23,415 nt of DNA from contig JBCCQY010000148.1 of NCBI GenBank assembly GCA_039208735.1, positions 1 to 23,415 of the forward strand, read 5' to 3'. The stretch comes from Myxococcota bacterium. Its GTDB lineage: Bacteria > Myxococcota_A > UBA796 > GCA-2862545. Position numbers and translations under genes: made by a program. Every line of letters begins with the position of its first letter. Positions within the stretch are counted from its first letter, which is position 1. Below the pieces are notes generated by a model. That model saw only the letters and a list, made by a program, of their open reading frames with translations. It ran no database searches and was not told the DNA's origin. Below are positions 8,890 to 18,400 of the stretch, one piece after another.

Positions 8890-9711
8890 TCAGTCCTGAG
8901 CGGGAGGGATGCCCGGCAGCTCGACGCACCAGATCGCAGGGCTGTGCGCCCCAATGACCGGGATCAGGCGAAAGACAGGAAACACGAACCGGCTGAGACC
9001 GCGAGGGAACGACCAGGCGATCTCACGCACGCGGGCGCCGGGCACGACCGCGGCGATCCGCTTCGGAAGCTCGGTACGGCTCACGCCGAATGGCATGGGC
9101 GGAGCGATGTAGTTCGGCGTGAGGCGGAACCCCTGCTCGCTCGTGGTTCGGCGCGAGAACCACCCGGGGATGGTGTCGAAGGCGACCCAGCCACCGGGAA
9201 ACCGCTCGGCCAGATCCCGGAACAGCGGATCGATGGTCTCGTCGGGGAGGTACATGAGCAGCCCCTGTGCCGTCACGAAGGTCGGTCCCTTAGGGACCTC
9301 GTCCATCCAGGACCGGTCGAGGACCGAGCAGGCGAGATGGCGGCGTCGCGGCGCCTCTGGCACGAAGCGCTCGCGCGTGGCGATGGCGGGAGGGACGTCG
9401 ACGCTCAGCCAGTCCAGATCGAGGTCAGCGAGACGAAGCGCCTGTGTCTCGAGGCCCTCACCGAGGTTCACGACCGTCCCACCCGGAAAATGCTTTTCAA
9501 ACAAACGGATTTCGGCATCAAAGAGGGCCGAACGCACCCCGTGTGACGCGTTGGCGCGACCGAAGGAGGCCTCGTAGTCGTAGGTGATGGCGTCGTAGAT
9601 CCGAAGACAATCCGGATCGCGGAGCACCCCGTCCGATCGGCGGCACTCGCTCGCTCGATTGTGGAGCGTCCACAACATGGTCTCGGGTACGCCAGATAGA
9701 TTTGGTTCCAC
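8890..9711 (-). CDS. Class I SAM-dependent methyltransferase, leucine carboxyl methyltransferase (LCM)/TcmP-like O-methyltransferase family
   Basis: LSGVPETMLWTLHNRA, RSALFD, VVNLGEGLET (SAM motif I variant), WLSVDVP and TAQGLLMYL are hallmark motifs. Start moved to GTG 9711 with GAGGA 5 nt upstream; the longer track start reads through the operator. Confidence 0.9.
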   Translation of the reverse strand: MEPNLSGVPETMLWTLHNRASECRRSDGVLRDPDCLRIYDAITYDYEASFGRANASHGVRSALFDAEIRLFEKHFPGGTVVNLGEGLETQALRLADLDLDWLSVDVPPAIATRERFVPEAPRRRHLACSVLDRSWMDEVPKGPTFVTAQGLLMYLPDETIDPLFRDLAERFPGGWVAFDTIPGWFSRRTTSEQGFRLTPNYIAPPMPFGVSRTELPKRIAAVVPGARVREIAWSFPRGLSRFVFPVFRLIPVIGAHSPAIWCVELPGIPPAQD

Positions 9712-9746
9712 CTTGGTCCTCGCTTGCCGTACGTAGAGTCTCGAGC

Positions 9747-9767
9747 TGAAATTGAATTTCAATTTCA
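9747..9767. promoter_or_regulatory. Fur-family operator upstream of the methyltransferase
   Basis: TGAAATTGAA-T-TTCAATTTCA is a perfect 10-1-10 palindrome. It equals two 7-1-7 units offset by 6 bp, and lies 35 nt upstream of the start. Confidence 0.8.
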
Positions 9768-9847
9768 ATAACGCGGTTCGAACTGAGGTCACGCATTGGG
9801 CAGCCTCCGGCCAGTCGGGTTCGCCCGCCGACCGGGCCGAGTTCGAG

Positions 9848-10597
9848 CTACCTCAGCCGGGCCTTGATGCTCCCGACCAGGCGCCGACTCACCGGCAAAC
9901 GCTCCGTCGATCCAGTGAGCACCACGTGCCAACCGTCATCATCCATCGAGAGCAGCTCGAGGTGCCTTAGGTTCACCAAGGTCGAGCGGTGGATCCGCAC
10001 GAAGGGCGGATCGGGCAGAGCCGATTCCCAAGCCTGCAACGACTCCTTGATCACCTGGTTCCGTCCGCTTGCGAGCACCACCTCGGTGTAGTCCCGGGCC
10101 GACCGGAGTGCGACGATGTCGCCGACCCTTGCGAAGACGATGTCGCGTCCGCGTTGGAGGCAGATCCGGTCGCCGAGGCCGAGGGGACCCGATGGCGTGG
10201 TGCTTCGGCGCGGAAACAAGAGCGGCGCTGGGGCAACGGGCGATGCCCGCTCACGAATACGTCCGAGCGCCCGCTCGAGCTGCAGACGGTCGACAGGCTT
10301 CACGAGGTAGTCCACCGCGTCAATCTCGAAGGCCGTGAGCGCATGCTCGCTGTAGGCCGACACACAGATCACCCGGCAGTCGCTCGACACCGCCCGCACC
10401 GCATCGAAGCCCATGCCATCGCGCATGCGCACGTCGAGGAACACGACGTCCGGTGCGAGCGCCTCGATGGCCGCCACCGCAGACTGGACCGAGTCGGCCT
10501 CCCCCACAACGGTCACGTCATCGCGCTCGCCGAGGAGGGAACGCAGCGCTACCCGCGAGAGTGGTTCGTCGTCCACGACCAGCGCCCGGAGCGTCAC
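9848..10597 (-). CDS. LytTR (LytR/AlgR) family response regulator
   Basis: Receiver motifs VVDDE, FLDVRM (phospho-Asp), SAY and LVKP. LytTR domain FVRIHRSTLVN...LPVSRR. Start moved to GTG 10597, overlapping the kinase stop (GTGA). Confidence 0.93.
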   Translation of the reverse strand: MTLRALVVDDEPLSRVALRSLLGERDDVTVVGEADSVQSAVAAIEALAPDVVFLDVRMRDGMGFDAVRAVSSDCRVICVSAYSEHALTAFEIDAVDYLVKPVDRLQLERALGRIRERASPVAPAPLLFPRRSTTPSGPLGLGDRICLQRGRDIVFARVGDIVALRSARDYTEVVLASGRNQVIKESLQAWESALPDPPFVRIHRSTLVNLRHLELLSMDDDGWHVVLTGSTERLPVSRRLVGSIKARLR

Positions 10598-11679
10598 TTG
10601 GCTGCACTTGGGATCTCGTCGGGCAGCCGTTCGTCGGTGTCGTAGGTGATGCGTGCCACGACCCATTGGTCACGCTCGATGAGGGTGAACGTCCCGGTTC
10701 GGGGGTAGCGGGTGGCAAGTCGCTCGCGAACGAGCCGCAGGCCTGAACCGTTCGCAGGAGTCGGGGTCCGGACCAACGAACCCGTATTGGCGACCTCGAG
10801 CGTCAAACAGGACCCGACCTGCTCGGCACGCAGCTCGACGAGCAGGGCTCGCTGTCCAGTCATGCCGTGCTTGACTGCGTTCTCGACCAGCGGCTGGAGA
10901 AGCAGGCTCGGCACCGAAGCACTCGAGAGTCGCTCGTCAATGTCCACGCGGAGGTGCAGCTCGGCGCCGAACCGTACCTGTTCGCACTGCAGGTAGCGCA
11001 GGACGAAGTCCAATTCGAGGTCCAGAGTCGTGGTGGTCTGCTCGGCGGTCTCGAGAGCGGTGCGAAGGAGTCGGGACAGGTCGCGGAGCATATCCTTGGC
11101 TCGTCCCGGGTCGACCTCGACGAGGCCGATCACCGAGTTCAGGGAATTGAACAGGAAGTGTGGGTTGATCTGCGATCGCAGGGCCTGCAGTCGCGCCTCC
11201 TTCGACTGCGCCTGGCTCTCGAGCAGCCGTTCGCGAACCTGCTGCAGGTGACGGGTGGACCGAACAGCCTGGTGGATGTAGCTCCAGCCGAACAGCGAGA
11301 AGGTGAAGAAGGGCAGCATGATGTCATAGACGTTGTCGACGTACCCGGGGCTCTGCCAGGTGGTGCTCGCCCATGCGTGGCGCATTGCACTCGCACATGG
11401 GATGCCGAGCAACAGCGACGCGCCGAAGTACCCGCCCGCCACCCAAAAGCCAGCCCCGGGGCGAGTTATCCATCGGTTGGGGAGGGCTTGGTAGAGCCCT
11501 CCAAGGCCCGTCGACGCTGCGATCCCTAGGCCCACGCACAAGGCGAAGATGGCGATAGACTCGTCCAAAGGGGCCTGTTCGAGGTCGAGATCGCGCACGA
11601 TGCGCGGTCCGATGGCGGCCGCGGTCATCAGCGTCCAGCCAAGGATCTGGGTCGACCAGAACACTCTCGAACCGATCAT
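10594..11679 (-). CDS. LytS/YehU-type membrane sensor histidine kinase
   Basis: About four N-terminal TM helices, H-box LRSQINPHFLFNSLN, LLQPLVENAVKHG, and NGSGLRLVRERL. GGAG lies upstream of the ATG, 14 nt after the lipoprotein stop. Confidence 0.93.
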   Translation of the reverse strand: MIGSRVFWSTQILGWTLMTAAAIGPRIVRDLDLEQAPLDESIAIFALCVGLGIAASTGLGGLYQALPNRWITRPGAGFWVAGGYFGASLLLGIPCASAMRHAWASTTWQSPGYVDNVYDIMLPFFTFSLFGWSYIHQAVRSTRHLQQVRERLLESQAQSKEARLQALRSQINPHFLFNSLNSVIGLVEVDPGRAKDMLRDLSRLLRTALETAEQTTTTLDLELDFVLRYLQCEQVRFGAELHLRVDIDERLSSASVPSLLLQPLVENAVKHGMTGQRALLVELRAEQVGSCLTLEVANTGSLVRTPTPANGSGLRLVRERLATRYPRTGTFTLIERDQWVVARITYDTDERLPDEIPSAAK

Positions 11680-11693
11680 CGCGTGCTCCGGGT

Positions 11694-12980
11694 CTACAGC
11701 GGGCTGACGCCAATGATGATGCCAGGCGCCTCAAAGGTGTCCACCGGATTCTGCGGATCGTCGATGTTCACGAAGCGCGTGCTGCTGAAATCGGCGCCAA
11801 AGCGCGCGATGTAGAGACTGTCGAGGATCCGCAGCGTCGCGAGGGCACCCGAGGTCGTGCCAATCGCGTCGATGCGCGTCGCCGTGGTCGCCGTGGCCGG
11901 ATCGTCGACCTGGAAGGCCACCCAAGCATCGGCGTTCAGCATGTCCTGGTCCGTCGTCTCGTCGGTGATCGGGGCGATCGTCTCGTCGTAGCCCACCAGG
12001 AACACCGAGCCGTCGGGTCCGAGCGCGAGTTCGCCGGTTGCCGCAAGGCCCGTCCAGTCCGCAATGGCAGGCTCGTAGTCGTCGTCGAAGGTCGCCGTCT
12101 CGATGTCCATGCGGACCATGCACGGCGGAAAGGTTCCCTCGATGCCCAGCCGATGACGGGCTGCCGTGCGAGCGCCGTTGCTGACATAGACGTAGCCATC
12201 GTCACTGGCCACAACGCTGGTATTGCTGGCTCCCCCGCACCGATCGGTGGTCGTGTGGACGATGGCGTCGGTGGCGATCTCGATGGTCGTGAGCACGACA
12301 TTCGACGTCGCAAGCTGTGTCGCCTGATCGAAGTACCCGCCCGCTGCGATGACCCGGTCGCCGACCACCAGGGCTGGCGAAATGCCGAAGCTCTGGCCCT
12401 TGGGAGCGGCGATATCGTCGAGTGAGAGCGTCTCGATGATCGTCATCGAACTCGGGTTCCAAACTACGACCTGCAGCGCAACGTCGTCGATGTAGTAGCC
12501 CTTGGTGTCCGAAACCACGAGAAGCCGTCCTGGACGGGCAGAGATGGTCGTGACGCCCAGATTCTGGAAACTCACCGTCTTGCCAAGGGTGAAAGTGCCC
12601 TCTTCGTCGATGTCGTATCGGGTGACGGTGGGTGCCTCGCCGCTACCCGCCCACAGCGTGCGTCCGCGAGTTGCACAGGCCGGAAACGGGGGCAAGGTGA
12701 CCACCGACGCCAGGTCGACGGTCGTATCGAGGTCGAACGAGTCGATCACGGTCGCATAGCCACCGGGCCCTTCGTCGGTAAACAGCAGTCCGCACAGTGA
12801 GAACCCGTTGCTGCCATCAAGGGGAGGGGTTCCGGTCTCTTCGGCACCTGTCTCCTCCGGCATCGAGTCGGTAGACACCGCATCATCGGTCGTGCAGGCC
12901 GAGGTGATGCAGAATGCGACGGCACAGAAGATGGCGAAGACCTTCCGAAGGAACGGGCCAGGGGTCGTCGAAGGATGCAC
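11694..12980 (-). CDS. MxcI-like lipoprotein (putative beta-propeller partner of a siderophore receptor)
   Basis: Start moved to GTG 12980 (AGGAG 6 nt upstream). Lipobox ITSAC, then an acidic linker. Motifs PTVTRY..G..SF.NLG, SDTKGY, VWNPSSMTI, RC..DGYVY.S and PCMVR...FD resemble myxobacterial MxcI proteins as I recall them; no search was run. Confidence 0.7.
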   Translation of the reverse strand: MHPSTTPGPFLRKVFAIFCAVAFCITSACTTDDAVSTDSMPEETGAEETGTPPLDGSNGFSLCGLLFTDEGPGGYATVIDSFDLDTTVDLASVVTLPPFPACATRGRTLWAGSGEAPTVTRYDIDEEGTFTLGKTVSFQNLGVTTISARPGRLLVVSDTKGYYIDDVALQVVVWNPSSMTIIETLSLDDIAAPKGQSFGISPALVVGDRVIAAGGYFDQATQLATSNVVLTTIEIATDAIVHTTTDRCGGASNTSVVASDDGYVYVSNGARTAARHRLGIEGTFPPCMVRMDIETATFDDDYEPAIADWTGLAATGELALGPDGSVFLVGYDETIAPITDETTDQDMLNADAWVAFQVDDPATATTATRIDAIGTTSGALATLRILDSLYIARFGADFSSTRFVNIDDPQNPVDTFEAPGIIIGVSPL

Positions 12981-13066
12981 GGAGTTCTCCTGCCGCGTCG
13001 AAACGCGCTGGTTCGGGGAAAATGGACGAGCAACGGCGCGGGCCCGCGCGACGTGGGTGTCCTTAA

Positions 13067-13087
13067 TGACATTGAAATTCATGTTCA
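13067..13087. promoter_or_regulatory. Fur-family operator for the lipoprotein-kinase-regulator operon
   Basis: TGACATTGAAATTCATGTTCA: two degenerate 7-1-7 units offset by 6 bp, forming an AT-rich island. Confidence 0.7.
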
Positions 13088-13113
13088 AGTCGAGTATTAA
13101 AGCCGATCTTCGC

Positions 13114-13147
13114 TGTCGACGAACGGTCGCCTGGTGTCGACGAAAGG
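13114..13147 (-). promoter_or_regulatory. Putative LytTR binding site (direct repeat, 21-bp period)
   Basis: TGTCGACGAACGG (13114-13126) and TGTCGACGAAAGG (13135-13147) are 12/13 identical and exactly 21 bp apart. They lie upstream of the operon that encodes the LytTR regulator. Confidence 0.7.
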
Positions 13148-13224
13148 CACTGTGTGGAGTGTCAGGCGCGACGCTGACCGATGGATTTGACCTCCGCGCA
13201 CGAAGACGGTACGCGGTGCACTGA

Positions 13225-13239
13225 TGAAAACCGTTTGCA
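13225..13239. promoter_or_regulatory. Fur-family operator upstream of the PepSY-TM operon
   Basis: TGAAAAC-C-GTTTGCA has one mismatch from a perfect 7-1-7. It sits just downstream of a candidate promoter TTGACC(13187)-17 nt-TACGCG(13210). Confidence 0.72.
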
Positions 13240-13273
13240 ACTAGCACGCTGATGCGCCTGGGGTCGGATTCTC

Positions 13274-14842
13274 ATGCCGCTCTTTCCACGCAAGGATCGC
13301 CAGCACCGTGTCTCGTACGACGTCCACACCTGGGCTGGGGTCGTCATCGGGTTGCTGCTGTACGTGATGTTTTTTACCGGCGCGATCGCGCTGGTCACCG
13401 AGCCGCTCGGCACGTGGGAGGAGCCCGCGCATCACGAAGCGGCCACCGGCACGCCGGGCGAGTGGTGGGCTTCACTGCCCGCCGAAGGCGACGACGTCGA
13501 CCGGGTGTCGCTCACCTTGCCGGACCCAAGCCACGGCCACCAGGCCCCGACAGGGATGGTGTCCCGCGACGGCGACCGTACCTACCTCGTGTGGCGATCG
13601 GGAGCGTGGGCCGAGCGAAGCTCCCACGCCGCGAGTTTCCTCTTCCGGCTGCACTTCCTCTACCATCCTTCCGTGCCATGGATGATCAACGTGGCGGGCC
13701 TGATCTCGATGGCCATGCTGCTCGCGCTGCTCACGGGGCTCGTCATCCATCTCCGCGACCTGTGGACCGACCTCGACACCTTCCGTCCAAAGCTGCCCAT
13801 CCGGGCCGTCTGGACCGATCTTCACAAGGTCACCGCGGTCATCGGCCTGCCCTTTCAGCTGCTCTTCGCCTACACCGGGGCGGTGCTGTGCCTGTCGTCG
13901 TTTGTGATCGCAGCGGTGGCCCTGCCCCTGTACAACGGCGACGTGGATCGACTCCGCAGCCTGCTATTCGAGACCCCACCCCCCATCGCGGCCGAGGCCG
14001 AGCCCGCTCCGATGAAGCCACTGCCCGAGTTGCTCACCGCGGCGCAGATCGCCGCTCCGACGATGGAGCCGTCGTTCGTCAGCGTCTCGAACCCAGGTCT
14101 CGCGACCTCCGAGGTTCGCATCGGGGGCGTCGTCCAAGGCACCAACGAACGAGCCAACATCCTGCTCGAGGCCACGACCGGTGAGGTGCGGATGGTGCAG
14201 GGCCTCGAGCCCCCTAAGCCACACCAGGCGCTAATCAACTGGCTGTTCGCGCTGCACTTCGCTCAGTTCGGGGGTGGAATGGTGCTGGTGGCCTACGCCG
14301 TCCTCGCCCTCGCGACCTGCGCCACCATCCTGTCGGGCATCGCGATCTGGCTGGGCAAGCGGCGACGCGCCAGCGACTGGGGCACCTGGCTGCTCCGCGG
14401 GCTCACCACCGGAGTGGGGGCAGGGTTGCCCCTCGCGTGTGCGGGCATGCTGCTTGCGAGCCGCGTGCTCCCCTGGTCGCTGACCGGCCGGGCTGACTGG
14501 CTCGAGGGCCTCTTCGTCGGGCTGTTCGTCTCGGCGCTCGCGTGGGGACTGGCCGACCGCAACGAGTCCCGGGCTTGGGCAGGCATGATGGGCCTTACCG
14601 CCGTCAGCTGTTTCCTCGCCCCAGTGTTCCAGGCCACCCTCACCTCAGCAGGCTTGGGTGGCGCACAGCCGCAGGCCGAGGTGGTCGGGGTCGACATCGG
14701 ATTCCTGGTGTGCGGACTTCTCTTCGCGACGGGTGCATTCGGCGCAGCGAGACGGGCCCGACGCCTCTCGGAAGCCGTCGAATCCCCGGCCCTGGCCGCG
14801 CCGTCGCTCGAGATGCCGAGCAAGGCGGTGGCCCGTGGTTGA
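13274..14842 (+). CDS. PepSY-associated TM-helix iron-regulated membrane protein (PiuB/FoxB-like, possible ferric reductase)
   Basis: YDVHTWAG..GLLLYVMFFTG, FRLHFL, TDLHKVTAVIGLPF.L.FA.TG and ALHFAQFGG. These carry the four His positions typical of the family, with many TM helices. Confidence 0.92.
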   Translation: MPLFPRKDRQHRVSYDVHTWAGVVIGLLLYVMFFTGAIALVTEPLGTWEEPAHHEAATGTPGEWWASLPAEGDDVDRVSLTLPDPSHGHQAPTGMVSRDGDRTYLVWRSGAWAERSSHAASFLFRLHFLYHPSVPWMINVAGLISMAMLLALLTGLVIHLRDLWTDLDTFRPKLPIRAVWTDLHKVTAVIGLPFQLLFAYTGAVLCLSSFVIAAVALPLYNGDVDRLRSLLFETPPPIAAEAEPAPMKPLPELLTAAQIAAPTMEPSFVSVSNPGLATSEVRIGGVVQGTNERANILLEATTGEVRMVQGLEPPKPHQALINWLFALHFAQFGGGMVLVAYAVLALATCATILSGIAIWLGKRRRASDWGTWLLRGLTTGVGAGLPLACAGMLLASRVLPWSLTGRADWLEGLFVGLFVSALAWGLADRNESRAWAGMMGLTAVSCFLAPVFQATLTSAGLGGAQPQAEVVGVDIGFLVCGLLFATGAFGAARRARRLSEAVESPALAAPSLEMPSKAVARG

Positions 14843-15164
14843 AGCGATCGCCACCGCGGCCGCGCTGGGCTCGGCGGGCCTGCTGATCGCGGCGCGAGAC
14901 TCCGAATCATGGGTGCCGTCGGGCCTCGGCTATGCGGCGGCGGCACTGTCCTACGCCGGCAGCATGGGGGCGGCGCGGTTCAGTGGACTCGACGCCGACA
15001 CCTGGTGGCTGTTGCCACTCTCCGTCTTCACGGCGGGATTCACCACGATCGCACTGACGCGCCCGATCGGAGCGCGCGCTTGGTTCGACGGCGCCGCGGG
15101 CCTGGCCTCCGGTCTCGCACTGCTCGGCACGGTCGGCCTGATGGGAGGCCTTCTTGCCGCGTGA
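14835..15164 (+). CDS. Small membrane protein (109 aa), in the position DUF3325-like partners occupy in PepSY-TM operons
   Basis: GTG 14835 overlaps the PepSY-TM stop by 8 nt. MVEAIATAAALGSAGLL... has about four hydrophobic helices. The upstream part of the track ORF (from 14658) is non-protein-like. Confidence 0.7.
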   Translation: MVEAIATAAALGSAGLLIAARDSESWVPSGLGYAAAALSYAGSMGAARFSGLDADTWWLLPLSVFTAGFTTIALTRPIGARAWFDGAAGLASGLALLGTVGLMGGLLAA

Positions 15165-15444
15165 GTCGACCTGGAACGGCCGGTGGGACACCATCGGGCG
15201 CAACGTCGCAGCGATCGTGGGGACCCTGCCGCCGTCGGTGCTCGTGGTGTCACTGATCTGTCGAGTGCTCCCGCTTGAGGAGGCCATGGGGGTCGTCGTA
15301 GGCGGCCTGTCGCTGCCCTTCGTCTGGGCGACCGCGGTGTGGCTCCTCTACCTGGTGCCCACCGCACTCCGGGCCTGGGCCATCGTGCTCATCAGCTTCA
15401 TGGGGCTCGCATTCGCCACATGGTTCCTCGGTCCGATGCCCTGA
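15154..15444 (+). CDS. Small membrane protein, DUF3649-like iron-uptake accessory
   Basis: TTG start with GGAGG 5 nt upstream and three TM helices. The pattern R.VAA...LP..E.......VW..AV......ALRAW resembles DUF3649 as I recall it. Confidence 0.72.
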   Translation: MPRESTWNGRWDTIGRNVAAIVGTLPPSVLVVSLICRVLPLEEAMGVVVGGLSLPFVWATAVWLLYLVPTALRAWAIVLISFMGLAFATWFLGPMP

Positions 15445-15471
15445 TCTACCGGAGCCGTGGCACCCGCGAGA

Positions 15472-18400
15472 TCACAGCCTGCCGTTGTCGGTCGGAGTCC
15501 GCTCGTAGGAAAGCCAGGCGTCGAGAACCAGGCCGTCCCAGGCCCAGGGTTCGATGTGGCTTTCGGAGGGGGCCCAGCCACCGTCCGACCAGCTCCAGCG
15601 CTGGCCCTGGACGTCGCCCGACGTCAGGTTCAGGTCGGACATGCGGGGAGCGCCGAGACTCGCGGTGGGCAGACGGTCGGCGATGCGGCCCGTCGTGAGG
15701 CGATCGATGGTCTCGGTTAGCTCGACCGGAGACTGTCGGCCGACCCACGGAAGCGCCGCAAGCGGGGCGTACTCCCCAGCCCAGCTCCCGGGCGGTGCGT
15801 CACCCACCGACCCCACGGGCACCGCACTCGCGGCTAGCGACAGGGTCAAATCCTGCGACCACTGCGACAACAGATCGGTGGCCACCTCAGGACCGTCCAG
15901 ATCGCCTACCGCGAGCAGCGCGAGCGCCCGCGGGATGCCCTCGGTGAGCCAGGCCTCTCCTGACTCGTCGCGGAGGTCGGCGCGCTCCGCGAGCGTGGCG
16001 CGCACAATGGCCGCACCGATCTCGGCCCGCCGGTCGGAGCGCCCAGGCCCTTCGGGCCCCACGTCCCAGCCGTGATCCTCGGGCAACATCAGCACGCCGT
16101 CGGCCATGACCGGCTCGCCCCACACGCGGGGCACCTGCACCACGGTGGTGACCGGCGAGACTTCGGGCAGCCGGGCCCGGAGCGCGCGGGTCGTCTGCTC
16201 GATGTCCTCGGCGACCTCGCGAGCGGCATCCGTGAATCCAGGCCCGGCGAGAACGGTCAAGCCACTTGCCGGGTGGGAACGCAGCCGGGGGGCCCACCAA
16301 GCCACGAACTCCAAATGACCCTCCGTGCGGCCCTTGCGAAGCACATCCCCGTCGGGGGTCCGCATGGTCACCGTCCACGTCCAGTCCCCCGCCGGGGCCA
16401 CGCCGTAGGCGGCCGTGGTCGCGGTGGCTGACAGCTCGGGAACGCTCGGCGGCAGATCGTGGTTCCGCCGATACCGGGGTGACCGCAGGATGCGCCGAGG
16501 ATCAAGGCCCAGTCGGGGCACGGCATGCTCGGCCCGCATCCAAGTGCCCTGGGACAGCGACCAGTGGGGTTCACCGTGCGCCGACCAGCCCTCATCCATC
16601 ACCGTCCAGCGCAGGGTGACGTCATGTGGATCGGCATCGCCCAGCGGCACCGCTAGCGTGTCTTCGGCGAGGCGGGGCGACACCGTCGCGCCATCGACCG
16701 TCGCCTCTTGCAGGGCAAAGCCGTCCGGTACGTGCGCGAAGAGCTGTCCTCCCGCTGCCTGGGCGTCAGCGAGCGACCACGTGCCCTGGACGCGCCCTGG
16801 CTCGACCGTGAGCGCAAGCGAGCCCCCTGCGACCGACCACGGCGCCGCCTCGCTGGCCCAAGCCTTCTCCCAAGCGGCATCGTCGGCGAGTTCTTGCCCC
16901 GAAGAGGCGTAGCCCCCGCGCGTAACGTACTGCTGGTACTGGACGACGGCTGAGGCACCAGCCACGACTGTCGCGCCGACGAGGACCACACCCGCGGCCC
17001 CCCGAAGCCGCCGGACAGCGACCGGTCCACGGGTGGCGAAGTCGCTCTCGACACCACGAACGACAAAGAGGTACCCGATTCCCATCACGAGGACCGAGAC
17101 CGAGAGCTTGTAGAGGACCGACACGGACACGAGCCCGGCCCACGGGGCCCAGCCGGTCAGCGCCGAGACCTCGATCGCCGACGGGATCGCGAACTCGAAC
17201 GTCGGATAGGACACGAGGTCCAGTTCGTGGTTCACGACGAGCACGAACACCGTGGCGATCGACAGACCATAGGCAAGGCCTGGCGAGCGGAGTGCAGTGT
17301 GGCAGAGCACGACCACCGCTCCGATCTCGAGGAGCGCCGGTGCGAGCACGGTGAGCTGATAAATCCACGGCGAAGCCCAGGCGGCCTCCGACGAAGCGAA
17401 GGCCGCAATGAGCACCGTCGAAGCCATGGCCGGAAGCAGGGAAAAGCCGACGATGAGGATCGTGGCGGTGAGCACGCTCGCCACGAAGCGCACCCCGGGA
17501 GGGGCGGGGCAAGCGTCGAGCATCTCCGAGAAGCCGATGGCATCGTCGCGGCGAAACACCGCCCCCACCACGGCCAGAATCACGAAGGCCAAGACGATGT
17601 ATTGGAAGTTCGCCATTAGGGGCCCCACAATCTCGGCCCGGGGCAAGATCGGGCCACGGGCATGCCCCAGGATGTGAACGAACCCACCTGCCATCCCCAT
17701 CGCCAGGAGCAGCACCGCGGTGACCCAGAGTCCCGGCCCTCGCAGCGCCAGGCCGAGCTGCCAGCGGGCGTCCTCGAGTGTGGCGTGGACCCAGGAGGTT
17801 TGGTTCGGCGAGGGGGAGAACGAGCCAGGAGGGACGGTGACGGACTTCGCGAACTTCCGGTTACGCGGCGCCCGCTCCAGCACCAGGTGCTCCCGCCGGG
17901 TCGTCACGAGGACGAAGGGAAGCAGGCCGAGCGGCAAAAGCCCCCAGACCAACCGATTGACCACCAGAGCTGGGGTCCACTCGAGCCAGGCCGTCATGCG
18001 CTCAGCCGGCGTCCACGCCAACACCTGATACTCAACCTCGGCGTAGGCGCTGGGATCGATGATTCCGGCCGTGAGCGGATCGATGTCCCCACCCTTCACG
18101 ATCACCATCGCGGCCATCCACAGCAGCACCATTGCGGTAGCGACGGCAAACGGTCCCGCCGTGCTCCGGGTGCGGATCGCGGCCACGAGGAAGAGCGCCC
18201 CGTAGCCGAACGCCGAAGGGACCGCGAGGCAGAGCCAGGCCCAGCCGAGCGTGCCCCAAGGCGTGGGCATCACCGTCCCCGCGTCGTAGAGACCGACGGC
18301 CGCCATCGGCTCGATCACGAAGGCGGCCAGCGGGCTCGACGCGGCGATGACAAGCGCCGTAACGGAGGCGCCCAGGAAGCGGGCGCCGAGCAGACTGCTG

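Noticed and set aside
12981..13247. Track N-terminal extensions (also 3424-3606, 3528-3653, 9712-9792, 10598-10666 and 18709-18978)
   Set aside because: They run through operators or neighbouring genes. The shorter starts have SD sequences or GTGA coupling and expose signal peptides.
15161..15256. GTGA-coupled start at 15161 for the third PepSY-operon gene
   Set aside because: That frame closes after 31 non-protein-like codons. TTG 15154 has a good SD and gives the hydrophobic protein.
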